Under the pieces are notes generated by a model. It was given only the letters and a program-made list of their open reading frames with translations. It did no database searches and was not told the origin of the DNA. Both the position numbers and the translations under genes were made by a program. Positions 36,239 through 45,533 of a stretch of DNA of 64,000 nt are shown one piece after another. The stretch is taken from positions 1-64,000 of the IMG/VR virus record IMGVR_UViG_3300020171_000018, one strand, 5' to 3'. The DNA is from a virus. Each line of letters opens with the position of its first letter. Position 1 is the first letter of the stretch.

Positions 36239-38791
36239 TTACGCCCTTGTGGTCTTGTGGTAACTTGCGTCTCCCTTGAACCCCGTAGTGCCCGTCTTTC
36301 GGTACTCCCCAGACTTCTCGTTGTACCGATACCAGTGGTACAAGCCGCTTTTACGCACGCCAATGAGGCCACTGGGGTCACTATACCACCCCTTCGCCTT
36401 ATCTAGTTCCTTGACGCCTGTGGCACCTGGGTTGCGGAAGATGATGCTCCCGTTGACGTTGTAGAGCTGCGGGGCGGTCTTGAGCTCACCCCTGTTGGCG
36501 GCGTCCAGCTCTTGGAACGGGATAGAGTCGGGGTTCTTCTTCCCGCCCACCCCCTTTGCCCCTTTCACCCCTCGCACCCCCCTAGCCCCCCTGATGTACT
36601 CATGGAGCGCCCCAGGGTACGCCTCAGGAGCAGCCCTAGACTCAGTGGGCTTGGTCTCAACCGTCCCCTCGGTGTGGACAAGGCCCCCTGGGGTGGTTGT
36701 GGACTCCAGCACGGACTCAGGAGCGGGGGCATCGGGGAAGTCGGTGATGGAGCTGGCGTCCATCTCCCCAAAAGTGGGGTTGCGCTTGCCCTTGTGGTAG
36801 TGCGGCCCAATGTACCGCTTGCTGCCCTTAGTAAGTTGGTGCCCAATTGTGGCTACGAGGCCCTCTCCTTTTGCATCGTGGTAGTGCCTAGGGCCATGAT
36901 GGGTCACTTTCCCGCGCCGAGAAGCATGGGTGTGCCAGTAGCCCTCTGGGTTTTGGGGGTTCTGCAGGGGCGGCTCAATCACCCTCCCTTTATCCCCAAG
37001 AGCTGGCGTCACCAGCGTCGCCAGCTCCTTCTGAGAGGTGTACTCCTCAGGGCCGGGCTGGATTGACACCCCAGCCCCGCAGCCACTGCACCGCCCGACT
37101 CCTACTGACCCAGACTCGAATGGTTGACCACAGGACGGGCATTTTAGCTCTGAAACGATTGACATTGGATTCTCCTTCCTTCTACCATATGTTCCCCCAG
37201 AGTGCCCATACCCGCCACGCTGCTTGTGAGGGGATGGGGCATTGGGGGGTATAAACGAGATTATAGGGGACTCCAAGGCCATCTCAAGGTTCAGGTATGC
37301 CACTGTGCTACTCCAGCCAGAGTGGGCCTTGGCGAACTCCTTGGCCGCCCAGACCATTCGAGCGTGCCTGCTATCATCTTTACCCGCAAGGGCAGCTCTG
37401 GCAAGGTGATAGAGGTTCACAAGCTCAGCCTGTTCCCTTTTGTTGGCATATCTACTGGGATTCTTGCTCATATCAGCCTTCTCTCTAACAGGGCCTAGCC
37501 ACTCCTGACCCTTGCCCTTCTTCAACCCCAACTCTTTCAGGTACGCAAGGTCTCCTGCTGTGATGCTACCTTTGCCCTTGAAAGTCAACACATACTGCAC
37601 GGACGCCACGGGGCTTGGCCCAAACCACCCCGTAGGCCCAATGACTAGCTGCCCCTGAGCGTCCCACCTATTCGCTCTGAGCGTCCACCCAGGGGACATA
37701 CGAGACAGGTCTGGCATATTGGTGGGATTCATGGTGAACAGTGGCAGCATCGCACCCCTCCAGGCACTTGGAACCTTCGGCCTCTTCAGCTTCTCCCCGG
37801 TATCGCTCTTATAGTAGTGCTCCGCCATCCTGTCGTAGTACGTTTCCAGCTTCTTCAGCTTCTTCCCGTACTTCCGGCGTAGCTCTTCCTGCTCTTTGTA
37901 GACGGGGAACTGGGCATGACCCATCTCACTCCACTCCAACATGCGCTTCGTCTTGAGCTGGACCTCAACGGGCAGGCCGTTCGACTCAACAAGCAGGTGG
38001 TAGGAGCGGTACAGGCCCTTGGGCTGGGTTATGTAGTCCTCCTCTTCTATCACATTGAACTCGCCACGAATCTTTTTCAGTCCAGCGTACAGGGAGTCCA
38101 AGGTGGAGAATACGACGCGGACGCCCGCTATGTCGGTTAGTGAGGATAGCTCAGTACCCCGCCTAGTCAGCTTCTCCATGATGCTCTCCACGGTCTTTAG
38201 CCGGGATGAGACCTTGCCGGGGAACATGCGCTCCAACTCTGTAGAGACCTGAGATAGGGACTCCCGGTAGCGTGCCTGGTACGCCTCGATGCTTGTGTCA
38301 CTGAGGCCATTGGATCCCTCTGGGTTCCCCTTGGGCATCGTCTCAGAGGTGGTCAGCCACATTTTGTGACCCAATCCCAGCTTCTTAATCTCCTTCTGGG
38401 CGTCCCTTAGGCTACCAGCGAACACTAGCTTGCCATCGGAGACTCTGAATATCTTGTAGCTGGTGCTCTTGGGTATGGGGTTCCCGCTTCCTTCCTTGGT
38501 CTTCTCCAACAGTCCCAGAAACGCCTCGACCACTTCAGCCTCTGCCGCCATCTTGGTAGTGGCCCTTCTCGACCCCAGTTTCCTAGAGCCATCCCAGATA
38601 GCCCACTCCCAATCGTTGTGACCGAGCCTCTTCACCGCCGCCGAGTATTCCTGGAGGCCAAGGTAGGTCTCCCTGTCAGGGTGCAGGGCCTCCCATTCGT
38701 CATGCCCCACAGAGCGCCAGGCTACCTTGTCCCGCATCTCCTGGAGGGCGAGCCGGCGCCTCATCAGCTTGAACTGTGTAGTCAAGGGCAT
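36239..38791 (-). CDS. NP-punctuated multidomain protein with a RelA/SpoT small alarmone synthetase domain and a Zn ribbon
   Basis: SRLKTVESIMEKL, DIAGVRVV, DYITQPKGLYRSYHL, VEVQLKT, WSEMGH..YK at ~37725-38325; 10 NP dipeptides. Confidence 0.85.
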   Translation of the reverse strand: MPLTTQFKLMRRRLALQEMRDKVAWRSVGHDEWEALHPDRETYLGLQEYSAAVKRLGHNDWEWAIWDGSRKLGSRRATTKMAAEAEVVEAFLGLLEKTKEGSGNPIPKSTSYKIFRVSDGKLVFAGSLRDAQKEIKKLGLGHKMWLTTSETMPKGNPEGSNGLSDTSIEAYQARYRESLSQVSTELERMFPGKVSSRLKTVESIMEKLTRRGTELSSLTDIAGVRVVFSTLDSLYAGLKKIRGEFNVIEEEDYITQPKGLYRSYHLLVESNGLPVEVQLKTKRMLEWSEMGHAQFPVYKEQEELRRKYGKKLKKLETYYDRMAEHYYKSDTGEKLKRPKVPSAWRGAMLPLFTMNPTNMPDLSRMSPGWTLRANRWDAQGQLVIGPTGWFGPSPVASVQYVLTFKGKGSITAGDLAYLKELGLKKGKGQEWLGPVREKADMSKNPSRYANKREQAELVNLYHLARAALAGKDDSRHARMVWAAKEFAKAHSGWSSTVAYLNLEMALESPIISFIPPNAPSPHKQRGGYGHSGGTYGRRKENPMSIVSELKCPSCGQPFESGSVGVGRCSGCGAGVSIQPGPEEYTSQKELATLVTPALGDKGRVIEPPLQNPQNPEGYWHTHASRRGKVTHHGPRHYHDAKGEGLVATIGHQLTKGSKRYIGPHYHKGKRNPTFGEMDASSITDFPDAPAPESVLESTTTPGGLVHTEGTVETKPTESRAAPEAYPGALHEYIRGARGVRGVKGAKGVGGKKNPDSIPFQELDAANRGELKTAPQLYNVNGSIIFRNPGATGVKELDKAKGWYSDPSGLIGVRKSGLYHWYRYNEKSGEYRKTGTTGFKGDASYHKTTRA

Positions 38792-38793
38792 AC

Positions 38794-39204
38794 CTACCCC
38801 CCGCCCCCAAGAGTGCCCAGTAGTTCCATCACCTTTGCTCTCCCTCTCCCACCTTGATTCCTGTGCTCCCTCACAATCAACCAGTATAGCTGTCTCCCAA
38901 ACCTGTCCTTGGCTGGCCGGGAGTAGAACCCCTTGCTGGGTCTGTGCGGATACCCCAGACAGTGCGTTAACTCGTGAACCAGCCTCTTTCTGCGTTCATG
39001 CACCCTTTGCTTGGCCCACTCAGGAGTCACCACAATCAGCTTCTTGGCCGGGACCGCCCAGATGTCTGGGTACTTCCCCCTGTACGTTGGCTCCTCTTGC
39101 AAATACACCCGCTCCACCCCCATGATGGGGCACGCAACCTTCTCAAGCCAGTCCATGTCGGCCTGGTGAATCAGGACCGCTCCTCTGGCCAACTTGGCGG
39201 GCAT
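38794..39204 (-). CDS. HExxH zincin-like metallopeptidase
   Basis: RLVHELTHCLGYPH. Confidence 0.6.
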   Translation of the reverse strand: MPAKLARGAVLIHQADMDWLEKVACPIMGVERVYLQEEPTYRGKYPDIWAVPAKKLIVVTPEWAKQRVHERRKRLVHELTHCLGYPHRPSKGFYSRPAKDRFGRQLYWLIVREHRNQGGRGRAKVMELLGTLGGGG

Positions 39205-39417
39205 CTACACTCTCGCCCTCTTAGCCCGCCGTGCCTCATTTATCAAGATAATCCAAGAGTCATTCGGGAGCAGGCCAGGCCCCTCAGCAATCATTAGCTC
39301 TCCCCTTGAGTTGAAATGCAACTTGACGGGCACGAGAGGCATCAGGGTGCCGTGCCGCTTCTCCAAGGCGCGGAGCTCCTGTTTCGAGAAGGAGACCATA
39401 AACGAGGGGTTACGCAA
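39205..39417 (-). CDS. Small protein starting MRNP
   Basis: 70 aa. Confidence 0.45.
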   Translation of the reverse strand: MRNPSFMVSFSKQELRALEKRHGTLMPLVPVKLHFNSRGELMIAEGPGLLPNDSWIILINEARRAKRARV

Positions 39418-39427
39418 GATGCACCTC

Positions 39428-41608
39428 CTAGCTCACCATCAGAGTGGCACCACAGTCACACTGGTACACCCCGGGGTCAGGGTTCCCGATTGACCCCTGG
39501 CATGAGGGGCAGCTCAGAGATGGGTTCCTTCCGGGATTGCTCCTTCTGGGATTACCTGGGTTAGCCTCCACCGTCTTTGCCCCTGCTACCAGACTACTCA
39601 CCACCTCTTTACTCGGTGCCGCCACAAACAGCGGCATGATAACGATGTCCTGCATGACGCTCCCTGAGAACGTCCCGGGGCTGCTCTCGGTAGTCAGACC
39701 CACTGATATGGTCTCGGTCTCCTTGAACGTCCTGACAACGGTGTCACTGAGGTAGCTTGCGTCAAAGGCTATGTACCGTCTCTTGTCTTGCCCCGTCCAA
39801 TCTCCATTGAGAGACGCTGGCACCAGAGCGGCCTTGGGGTCAGAGTACGTGAATACCAGCAGCCTATCTCCGGCTATCCCCACTGTGCTCCAAGGCATGA
39901 ACCCCACCTGTTTGGACTCCTTGTACCTACCAGTAATCAGGCCCCCAGTTTCCGCAAGGGCCGCCACCAGTGCCCCAGCCCTCACATCGAAGCCCCACTC
40001 CTGCCCGGAAGGGATTAGTTGGGGGTAGTTGGGGAACTTGCCTAGTATCCCCTTGAACGATTGCTCCTTATCCCCAACGGCCACAACCAGACCGGGGACA
40101 TCGCTGACCTCGGTGCTGATAATGCTGCCTGCCCTGTTCTTGTTCACAAAGGTCTCATAGCTGGATACTGGAACGAAGTCAATCAGGGCCTTGCCACCCT
40201 TGAGTGCCTTTGCAGGTATGCCAGACGCCCACTTTGCCAGCTCCTTAGCGGGGATGTTGGCCGTCCAATCACCCCTCCCCGCAGTCTCTAGGGTCAGTGA
40301 TGCGTGGGCCAGCCGGAACCCGTCCGCCGCTGCCAGGTCTAGGAGCTCCCCCTGCTTCTGGATGTTGATGCAGGTAAGAGTGGGCCTTGCTCTGTCGGTA
40401 GCAGCGTACAGGGTTATGCGCTTGATTACGTCCACGAGCAGGTTGGCACTGATTGTTGAGGGGTCACCAGCGGGCTTGCCAATCCTAGACTTGGCTACCT
40501 CCTCAGCCTCCTGAGCAGCTTTGGCCTCAGCAGCCTCCTTCTGCTTCTTGCGCTCGGCGGCCTCCTTGACCTCTTGAATGGCCTGTTTCGCCAAGGGGTG
40601 GAGAGGCTTGACCTCATCCTCTGGGCCCCATCTACCGCCGCTGAACAGGTCGGAAGGCCCACCCAGCACGCCTACCGTGTCATCGCTTTGAGAGACGGGC
40701 CCTACCCCGACCTCCAGACTGTTTGCCTCCTCTAGGACCGGGCTGGGTGGGGGCAATTTTACCAGAACGAACTTCCCCTGCACATTTTGGAACTCCTCAC
40801 CGCCTTGGGCCCCCGCAAACATAATGGGGAGAGAGTGCTTTGCTAGACTCTCTTCATGTTCCAGCCAGCTCCTCCAGTGCGGGTCAGCCTGCAACTCCTC
40901 CTTTGCTACAGCCCTAATGTAAGCTACATGGTGGGCTCCGTCAGCCCCCAACCAAGAGGCCATCTCATACCACTGGCCCAGTTTGAGCCCATATTTGTCG
41001 GCCTGCTTTTGGCGTTCCCCCTTGACCCTAGCTAGGGCCTGCCGTGATGCCCACTGGTAGCCGAATAAGGACCGATTGAACTTGCTTGTCTTGACCGCCT
41101 CACCCAGCCCCACAATCCGGCTAATGGTCCGTCCCACCTTGTTGTTGCCTACAGGCTTGGGAGGGTGCATGGTGTCCATATTGGCCCACCGCACGGCCTC
41201 CCAAGCAGACGGCTCACTATGAACCCCTCGCTCTCTGGTAAGAATCTCTCGTAGCCTCTCGGTGCTAGGCTTGCCCCCGTACCTAGTGGACATTATCACG
41301 TACCCCTCAGGGCCCTTCACTAGGTAGTAGTCCAGCCGTGGGTCCCCATAGCGCCCAGTAGTGCCGGGTTTGGAGGCGTATAGGACGGGCGTCTCGGTTA
41401 TCAGCCCGTCCAAGGCAGCAATAGCCTGTTGCTGGGTGGCCTCAGCATCGGCAACAGCCTTGTCCAGCTTAGCAGCCTCACGGTCATACTCCCCTTGGTC
41501 TGGGGTAGAGGGGGGCATAGTGGTCTCCCCACGGTGGGAAGCCTCTACAGCCCAAGGTTCGCCAGCCTGTACATGCTCCTCAAAGGGCGGATTGCGGGAC
41601 ATGCTCAC
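39428..41608 (-). CDS. NP-punctuated multidomain protein with a partial beta-clamp (DnaN domains II-III) and C-terminal Zn ribbon
   Basis: AATDRARPTLTCI, LAAADGFRLA, IPAKEL, GKFPNYPQLIP, IAFDASYL, IVIMPL at ~39630-40460. Confidence 0.85.
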   Translation of the reverse strand: MSMSRNPPFEEHVQAGEPWAVEASHRGETTMPPSTPDQGEYDREAAKLDKAVADAEATQQQAIAALDGLITETPVLYASKPGTTGRYGDPRLDYYLVKGPEGYVIMSTRYGGKPSTERLREILTRERGVHSEPSAWEAVRWANMDTMHPPKPVGNNKVGRTISRIVGLGEAVKTSKFNRSLFGYQWASRQALARVKGERQKQADKYGLKLGQWYEMASWLGADGAHHVAYIRAVAKEELQADPHWRSWLEHEESLAKHSLPIMFAGAQGGEEFQNVQGKFVLVKLPPPSPVLEEANSLEVGVGPVSQSDDTVGVLGGPSDLFSGGRWGPEDEVKPLHPLAKQAIQEVKEAAERKKQKEAAEAKAAQEAEEVAKSRIGKPAGDPSTISANLLVDVIKRITLYAATDRARPTLTCINIQKQGELLDLAAADGFRLAHASLTLETAGRGDWTANIPAKELAKWASGIPAKALKGGKALIDFVPVSSYETFVNKNRAGSIISTEVSDVPGLVVAVGDKEQSFKGILGKFPNYPQLIPSGQEWGFDVRAGALVAALAETGGLITGRYKESKQVGFMPWSTVGIAGDRLLVFTYSDPKAALVPASLNGDWTGQDKRRYIAFDASYLSDTVVRTFKETETISVGLTTESSPGTFSGSVMQDIVIMPLFVAAPSKEVVSSLVAGAKTVEANPGNPRRSNPGRNPSLSCPSCQGSIGNPDPGVYQCDCGATLMVS

Positions 41609-41621
41609 TCTCCTAGGCAGC

Positions 41622-43013
41622 CTAACTCACTTGGAACTCAGCGCCACACCCGTCGCACCGATACGTGCCAGCGCCCAGGCTGCCCACCCCCTGGTTGCAG
41701 CCTGGGCAGGAAAGGGAGTCTGGGTTCCCTCTTGGTGTCCCTTCGTACTCTCGTATCAATCTGTCCTGAGTAGCGTTGTCGTACCCATGCCACACACCGG
41801 CGGTCACCTGAGCAATCCGCCTCTTGCCGAACTTGGGATACTCAGCCTTGATTCTGGGCAGCATCATGGCCCACCACTTGGCGGGGGGTCTGGTGGACTT
41901 CCCAGGCGCTGAGCGGGGATTCAGGGAAGGGGCACTCCCGCCTTCCCCCTCAACATACCTTTGGGCTACCTTGCGCGGCAGCGTCTCACGCTCTATCTTG
42001 GGTAGGCGCTCACTTACTAGCCGTTGTAGCTCATCCCGACCCTTCTCATTGGTAGGTCTGCCTACCCACATCTGCTCGACGCTGCCCTTGAATGGTAGCT
42101 CTATTTGGCGCACGTCTGTGAGCCCATATTGGTCTACGAGCCATTGGTCAGGCCCCTCTTTTGTACCAAGATAGCGCCAACCCCTAACCGCCAACTCGGC
42201 AATTAGCACATGGCGCTCACGGCCAGACCCAAACATCCACAGATTGCCCTCCAGCTTCTTGGTAACTGAGGTAATGCCCCGAAGGGAAGACGGCAGCGGC
42301 TTTCCACGAGGGTTAGTATGGTCAAGGCCAACCTGTTCAGGTCTTAGCCCTGCCTTGGCATAGGCAAAGCATGTCTTGTGGTAGGTGTGCAGCTTCCCCA
42401 CCTTCACACCTCCAGCATAGATGGGGCGCGTGCAGAAGAAGCAGGTAGCCTTGCCCCTCTCCTGCTTTCGGGAGCGCCAGGTCCGCTTGGAGACGGCTGA
42501 GCGTTCGGCGTGAGAGAGGGGGTTCATGCAGCACCCTGGGTTCTTTCCACCACAACACCCAGCCCTGACCCCTGGGTTAGCTACTGGTTGGTAGGCGTGC
42601 TGCTCCACCCACTCCATAGCCTTGGCTCTAGCCTTAAACCAGCGCACCTTTGCCTTGCTGGGGGCTATCCAAGCTTTCGCCCTCCACGGCTTACCCTCGT
42701 GACCCTGGGGGGCATCGGGGAAATAGGCCACACTCCCGTATTCCAGACCGGAGAGGTCACCCCAGAACATGATGCCCTTCTCCTGTCCGGCCCATTGGAG
42801 CTTACTGGGGTTGGACACGGGTTGCGTTACATGCTGCACTACCCCATCCCCGTCCCGCACAATTACGGGCCTCTCCACGGGCCCCTCTCCAACTCCCCTG
42901 ACAACCCCCTTGGTAATGGACTGAGCGCCGGACTGGGTAGTCTCAGGCCCAGGGTGCTCTACCCTGACTGTGGCTGTTGTTTCATTCAGACTGTTCGGAT
43001 TAGCCATGTCCAC
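41622..43013 (-). CDS. NP-punctuated multidomain basic protein with Zn-finger modules
   Basis: 8 NP dipeptides; CFFC..HKTC; terminal CPGC..CDGC ribbon. Confidence 0.7.
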   Translation of the reverse strand: MDMANPNSLNETTATVRVEHPGPETTQSGAQSITKGVVRGVGEGPVERPVIVRDGDGVVQHVTQPVSNPSKLQWAGQEKGIMFWGDLSGLEYGSVAYFPDAPQGHEGKPWRAKAWIAPSKAKVRWFKARAKAMEWVEQHAYQPVANPGVRAGCCGGKNPGCCMNPLSHAERSAVSKRTWRSRKQERGKATCFFCTRPIYAGGVKVGKLHTYHKTCFAYAKAGLRPEQVGLDHTNPRGKPLPSSLRGITSVTKKLEGNLWMFGSGRERHVLIAELAVRGWRYLGTKEGPDQWLVDQYGLTDVRQIELPFKGSVEQMWVGRPTNEKGRDELQRLVSERLPKIERETLPRKVAQRYVEGEGGSAPSLNPRSAPGKSTRPPAKWWAMMLPRIKAEYPKFGKRRIAQVTAGVWHGYDNATQDRLIREYEGTPRGNPDSLSCPGCNQGVGSLGAGTYRCDGCGAEFQVS

Positions 43014-43182
43014 GCTCCTTTAGTCCAACTGTTCTAAACACAATCACTCGGTCACACCTCTCACAGTACCGTACCGACCCAAGGCACCTGGCCCACTTCT
43101 TAGCCCTCTCAGCCCCCTTCACTTGGTACACCACTATCTCTCCCCAACGATGATTGCAGGCTGGCCCAGACCCCCCCTTCAC
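43000..43182 (-). CDS. Small Zn-binding protein
   Basis: CNHRW...CERC. Confidence 0.45.
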   Translation of the reverse strand: MKGGSGPACNHRWGEIVVYQVKGAERAKKWARCLGSVRYCERCDRVIVFRTVGLKERGHG

Positions 43183-43844
43183 CCAACCACGCCCCTAGAA
43201 GTCAACTGAGGGTATCGGTCGCCCCCCTTCACCTTGGCTATGAACAGCCCCTTGCCGTGCTCGTCTGTGAATACCCAATACTCGGTGCCGACCTTCCCAC
43301 TTCCCAAGTCGCCCACCTCATGCTCCCAAAGGCTGCCAGCCCGTTTGGAGGGCTTCCAAGATTCGTAAACAAAGGAGCGAAGCCTCCCAATTACGATGCC
43401 CCTCTTGGGGTAGTCCTCTATCTCCACCTCTACCAGCTCTTGGGGCTCGGTCTCGTGGAACTCCCGGTACTTCTTGACCAGCTCAGGGGGGAGATTGGAT
43501 ACATCCATTTGGGCCTGAGGGTTCTTCTGCACGTTGTCTCGTGGGTTCCCTTGTACCCCCCTTGGCAGTATCTCTAGCAGGTTGATTTCCGTTCGGTAGT
43601 ACCGTCTCTTGGGGGTTATGACCTCTACTTGACCCGTGAAGGGAATCCACACTCCCTCCCCAGTGCTAAGGCCATGCTCTCCCTTGTTGGTGACTGTGAA
43701 TATCCTCGATGGGGGCATAGTGACCACTGGGTACTGCCCCTCCAACAGGGCAAAGGAGACGTTCTTGACCCTATCCCCCACTCTGACTTTACTAGCTGGA
43801 ACCAACTTCCCACTCACTATGACACCCCTCAAAATACCAGCCAT
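43179..43844 (-). CDS. Two-module protein split by an NP linker
   Basis: GNPRDNVQKNP, then YREFH..P...IGRL..FVY......WEHE module. Confidence 0.6.
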   Translation of the reverse strand: MAGILRGVIVSGKLVPASKVRVGDRVKNVSFALLEGQYPVVTMPPSRIFTVTNKGEHGLSTGEGVWIPFTGQVEVITPKRRYYRTEINLLEILPRGVQGNPRDNVQKNPQAQMDVSNLPPELVKKYREFHETEPQELVEVEIEDYPKRGIVIGRLRSFVYESWKPSKRAGSLWEHEVGDLGSGKVGTEYWVFTDEHGKGLFIAKVKGGDRYPQLTSRGVVG

Positions 43845-43923
43845 CTTCCCAGTGAAATGCCATCCAAACGCCTCCTCATTGGGTTATAGCCCCCTTCTGG
43901 CGCTCCTGACGCTCCCAAGCCCT

Positions 43924-44472
43924 TTACGCCCACTTGGCATCGAACCCGCTCAGAGCCGCCCCTGACACCACTCTCAGCACTCCCACATCAGTGTCAATCA
44001 GCGTGAACCCTGAGTCATCCAAGAACGCCGCCGCGCCGTAGAGGGTTGTCAACGCACTATCCACCACCCAGATGTAGGCGTCGAAGGTGCGCCCGGCCCA
44101 GGCCGACTCTATGAGCAGCGCCACCGGGGTAGAGAGGGTCTGCTGCACTACGCCGACCGTACCCCTGCTTGGCGTGGTGAATGCGGACACGGTGTACTTC
44201 CCGTCGGCCAGGTTGGCGCCGTCGTTGAAGTCACCTGAGCCCTTCTTCAGCCCGATGAGCACCCAGAACAAGGTGGCCGGGCCCACCCAGTTGTACTGCA
44301 CGTCCGTGACTCTCAGGTACTCACCCGGATTCTTGTTCAACGGCAGGGAGCCGGGATTGAGCGCCCCGAGGCCCCGCCCGACCATCCCCACTCGAAACCC
44401 GCTCATCCTGCTCACGTGGTTGCTCATCCGGTGCTTGCTCACTGTTCCCTCGTTGCTCATCCTGATGGCCAT
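43924..44472 (-). CDS. Protein with basic leader, NP linker and beta-rich domain
   Basis: RMS repeats, then LNPGSLPLNKNP; AGGAGG RBS. Confidence 0.6.
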   Translation of the reverse strand: MAIRMSNEGTVSKHRMSNHVSRMSGFRVGMVGRGLGALNPGSLPLNKNPGEYLRVTDVQYNWVGPATLFWVLIGLKKGSGDFNDGANLADGKYTVSAFTTPSRGTVGVVQQTLSTPVALLIESAWAGRTFDAYIWVVDSALTTLYGAAAFLDDSGFTLIDTDVGVLRVVSGAALSGFDAKWA

Positions 44473-44512
44473 GTCAGCCTCCTGCCAGCTCTGTTAGCTC
44501 CACCCGACTTTG

Positions 44513-45223
44513 TTAGCTCCACTTCACTGCGATGTTTGATAGGACCCCTTCTGGTGGCGGCGGTGGCGGCGGGGGAGGAGGAGGGGTAGTGCCCTTGCCC
44601 CCCAGCATCAACAGCGCACCAACCCCTACTGCCGCTATACCCAACATCCCGCCCCCGCCCCCCTTTTCTGGGTTGCGTGGGTTGCGTGGGTTGCGCCGTA
44701 CACGGGGAACCACACCCTTCTTCGCCAGGGCCTGGTATGCGATGAACAGCCCCCCACCAATGAGAAGGAGCGGCCCCAGACCAGCGGCTATTCCTCCCCC
44801 GATGTCTTTCCATGAAGAGCGCGCCAGCTTGAACGTCAACGCCCCAAACAGGGCTAGTATTCCGATGGCAATAGCGATTACAATGATGGCTGGCCAGGCC
44901 CCTATGCCCCCGCTTCTGGACCCCACTCCGTTCTCCGTCACAACCCCGTTCCGGACCGTGCCGCTGGACTCCCTCTCAGGCGCCCCCTCCATGTCCACCG
45001 TCACCCGATACCCGTCGAATATCGGGGCCGTGTCCTGCTCAATGACGTAGTGGAGGAGCTTCCCCCGGAGTCCCGGAGTCCACCCGGTTCCGGCGTTTAT
45101 AGCGGCTGCAATGGTGCCAGAGAGCCCCGGAGTCCCAGAGAACGCCATCACCAACTGACTGGAGGGGCCGTGGTAGCTGTCACCCCGGGGCGTAGTCACC
45201 TCTCTTGATATAGCGTAGGCCAT
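44513..45223 (-). CDS. Membrane protein (three TM) with RRNPRNPRNP linker and poly-Pro tail
   Basis: 236 aa; GGGAGG RBS. Confidence 0.65.
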   Translation of the reverse strand: MAYAISREVTTPRGDSYHGPSSQLVMAFSGTPGLSGTIAAAINAGTGWTPGLRGKLLHYVIEQDTAPIFDGYRVTVDMEGAPERESSGTVRNGVVTENGVGSRSGGIGAWPAIIVIAIAIGILALFGALTFKLARSSWKDIGGGIAAGLGPLLLIGGGLFIAYQALAKKGVVPRVRRNPRNPRNPEKGGGGGMLGIAAVGVGALLMLGGKGTTPPPPPPPPPPPEGVLSNIAVKWS

Positions 45224-45225
45224 GA

Positions 45226-45456
45226 TTACCTCCCTTGACCCGGTTGACCGCGCCTTGGTTGACCGCGCCCCCGGGTGTCATATGGGGCGTTTATGTATCG
45301 CTCGACCTCCACGGCGTCAACATACAGGATTCCCCGTACCTTGACCCCGTGGAGGTCGTTGGCCTTTATCATGCGATAGATGGTGATGAGGGGCTTTCCA
45401 AGCTCCTGAGATACCCTTTTGACCGTCAAGAGAACTAGGGAGCCGTCATCCGCCAC
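45226..45456 (-). CDS. Excisionase/MerR-like HTH DNA-binding protein
   Basis: LLTVKRVSQELGKPLITIYRMIKANDLHGVKV..YV...EVERY. Confidence 0.75.
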   Translation of the reverse strand: MADDGSLVLLTVKRVSQELGKPLITIYRMIKANDLHGVKVRGILYVDAVEVERYINAPYDTRGRGQPRRGQPGQGR

Positions 45457-45503
45457 GTCAACACCACCAATTTCTACAAGTTTTTCAGCTTTTGATACCT
45501 AGA

Positions 45504-45533
45504 ATACTACCCCCTTTATCACGTTGTTGTCAA
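45504..45533 (-). promoter_or_regulatory. Possible sigma70 promoter for the leftward structural operon
   Basis: TTGACA-18 nt-TAGTAT. Confidence 0.5.
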
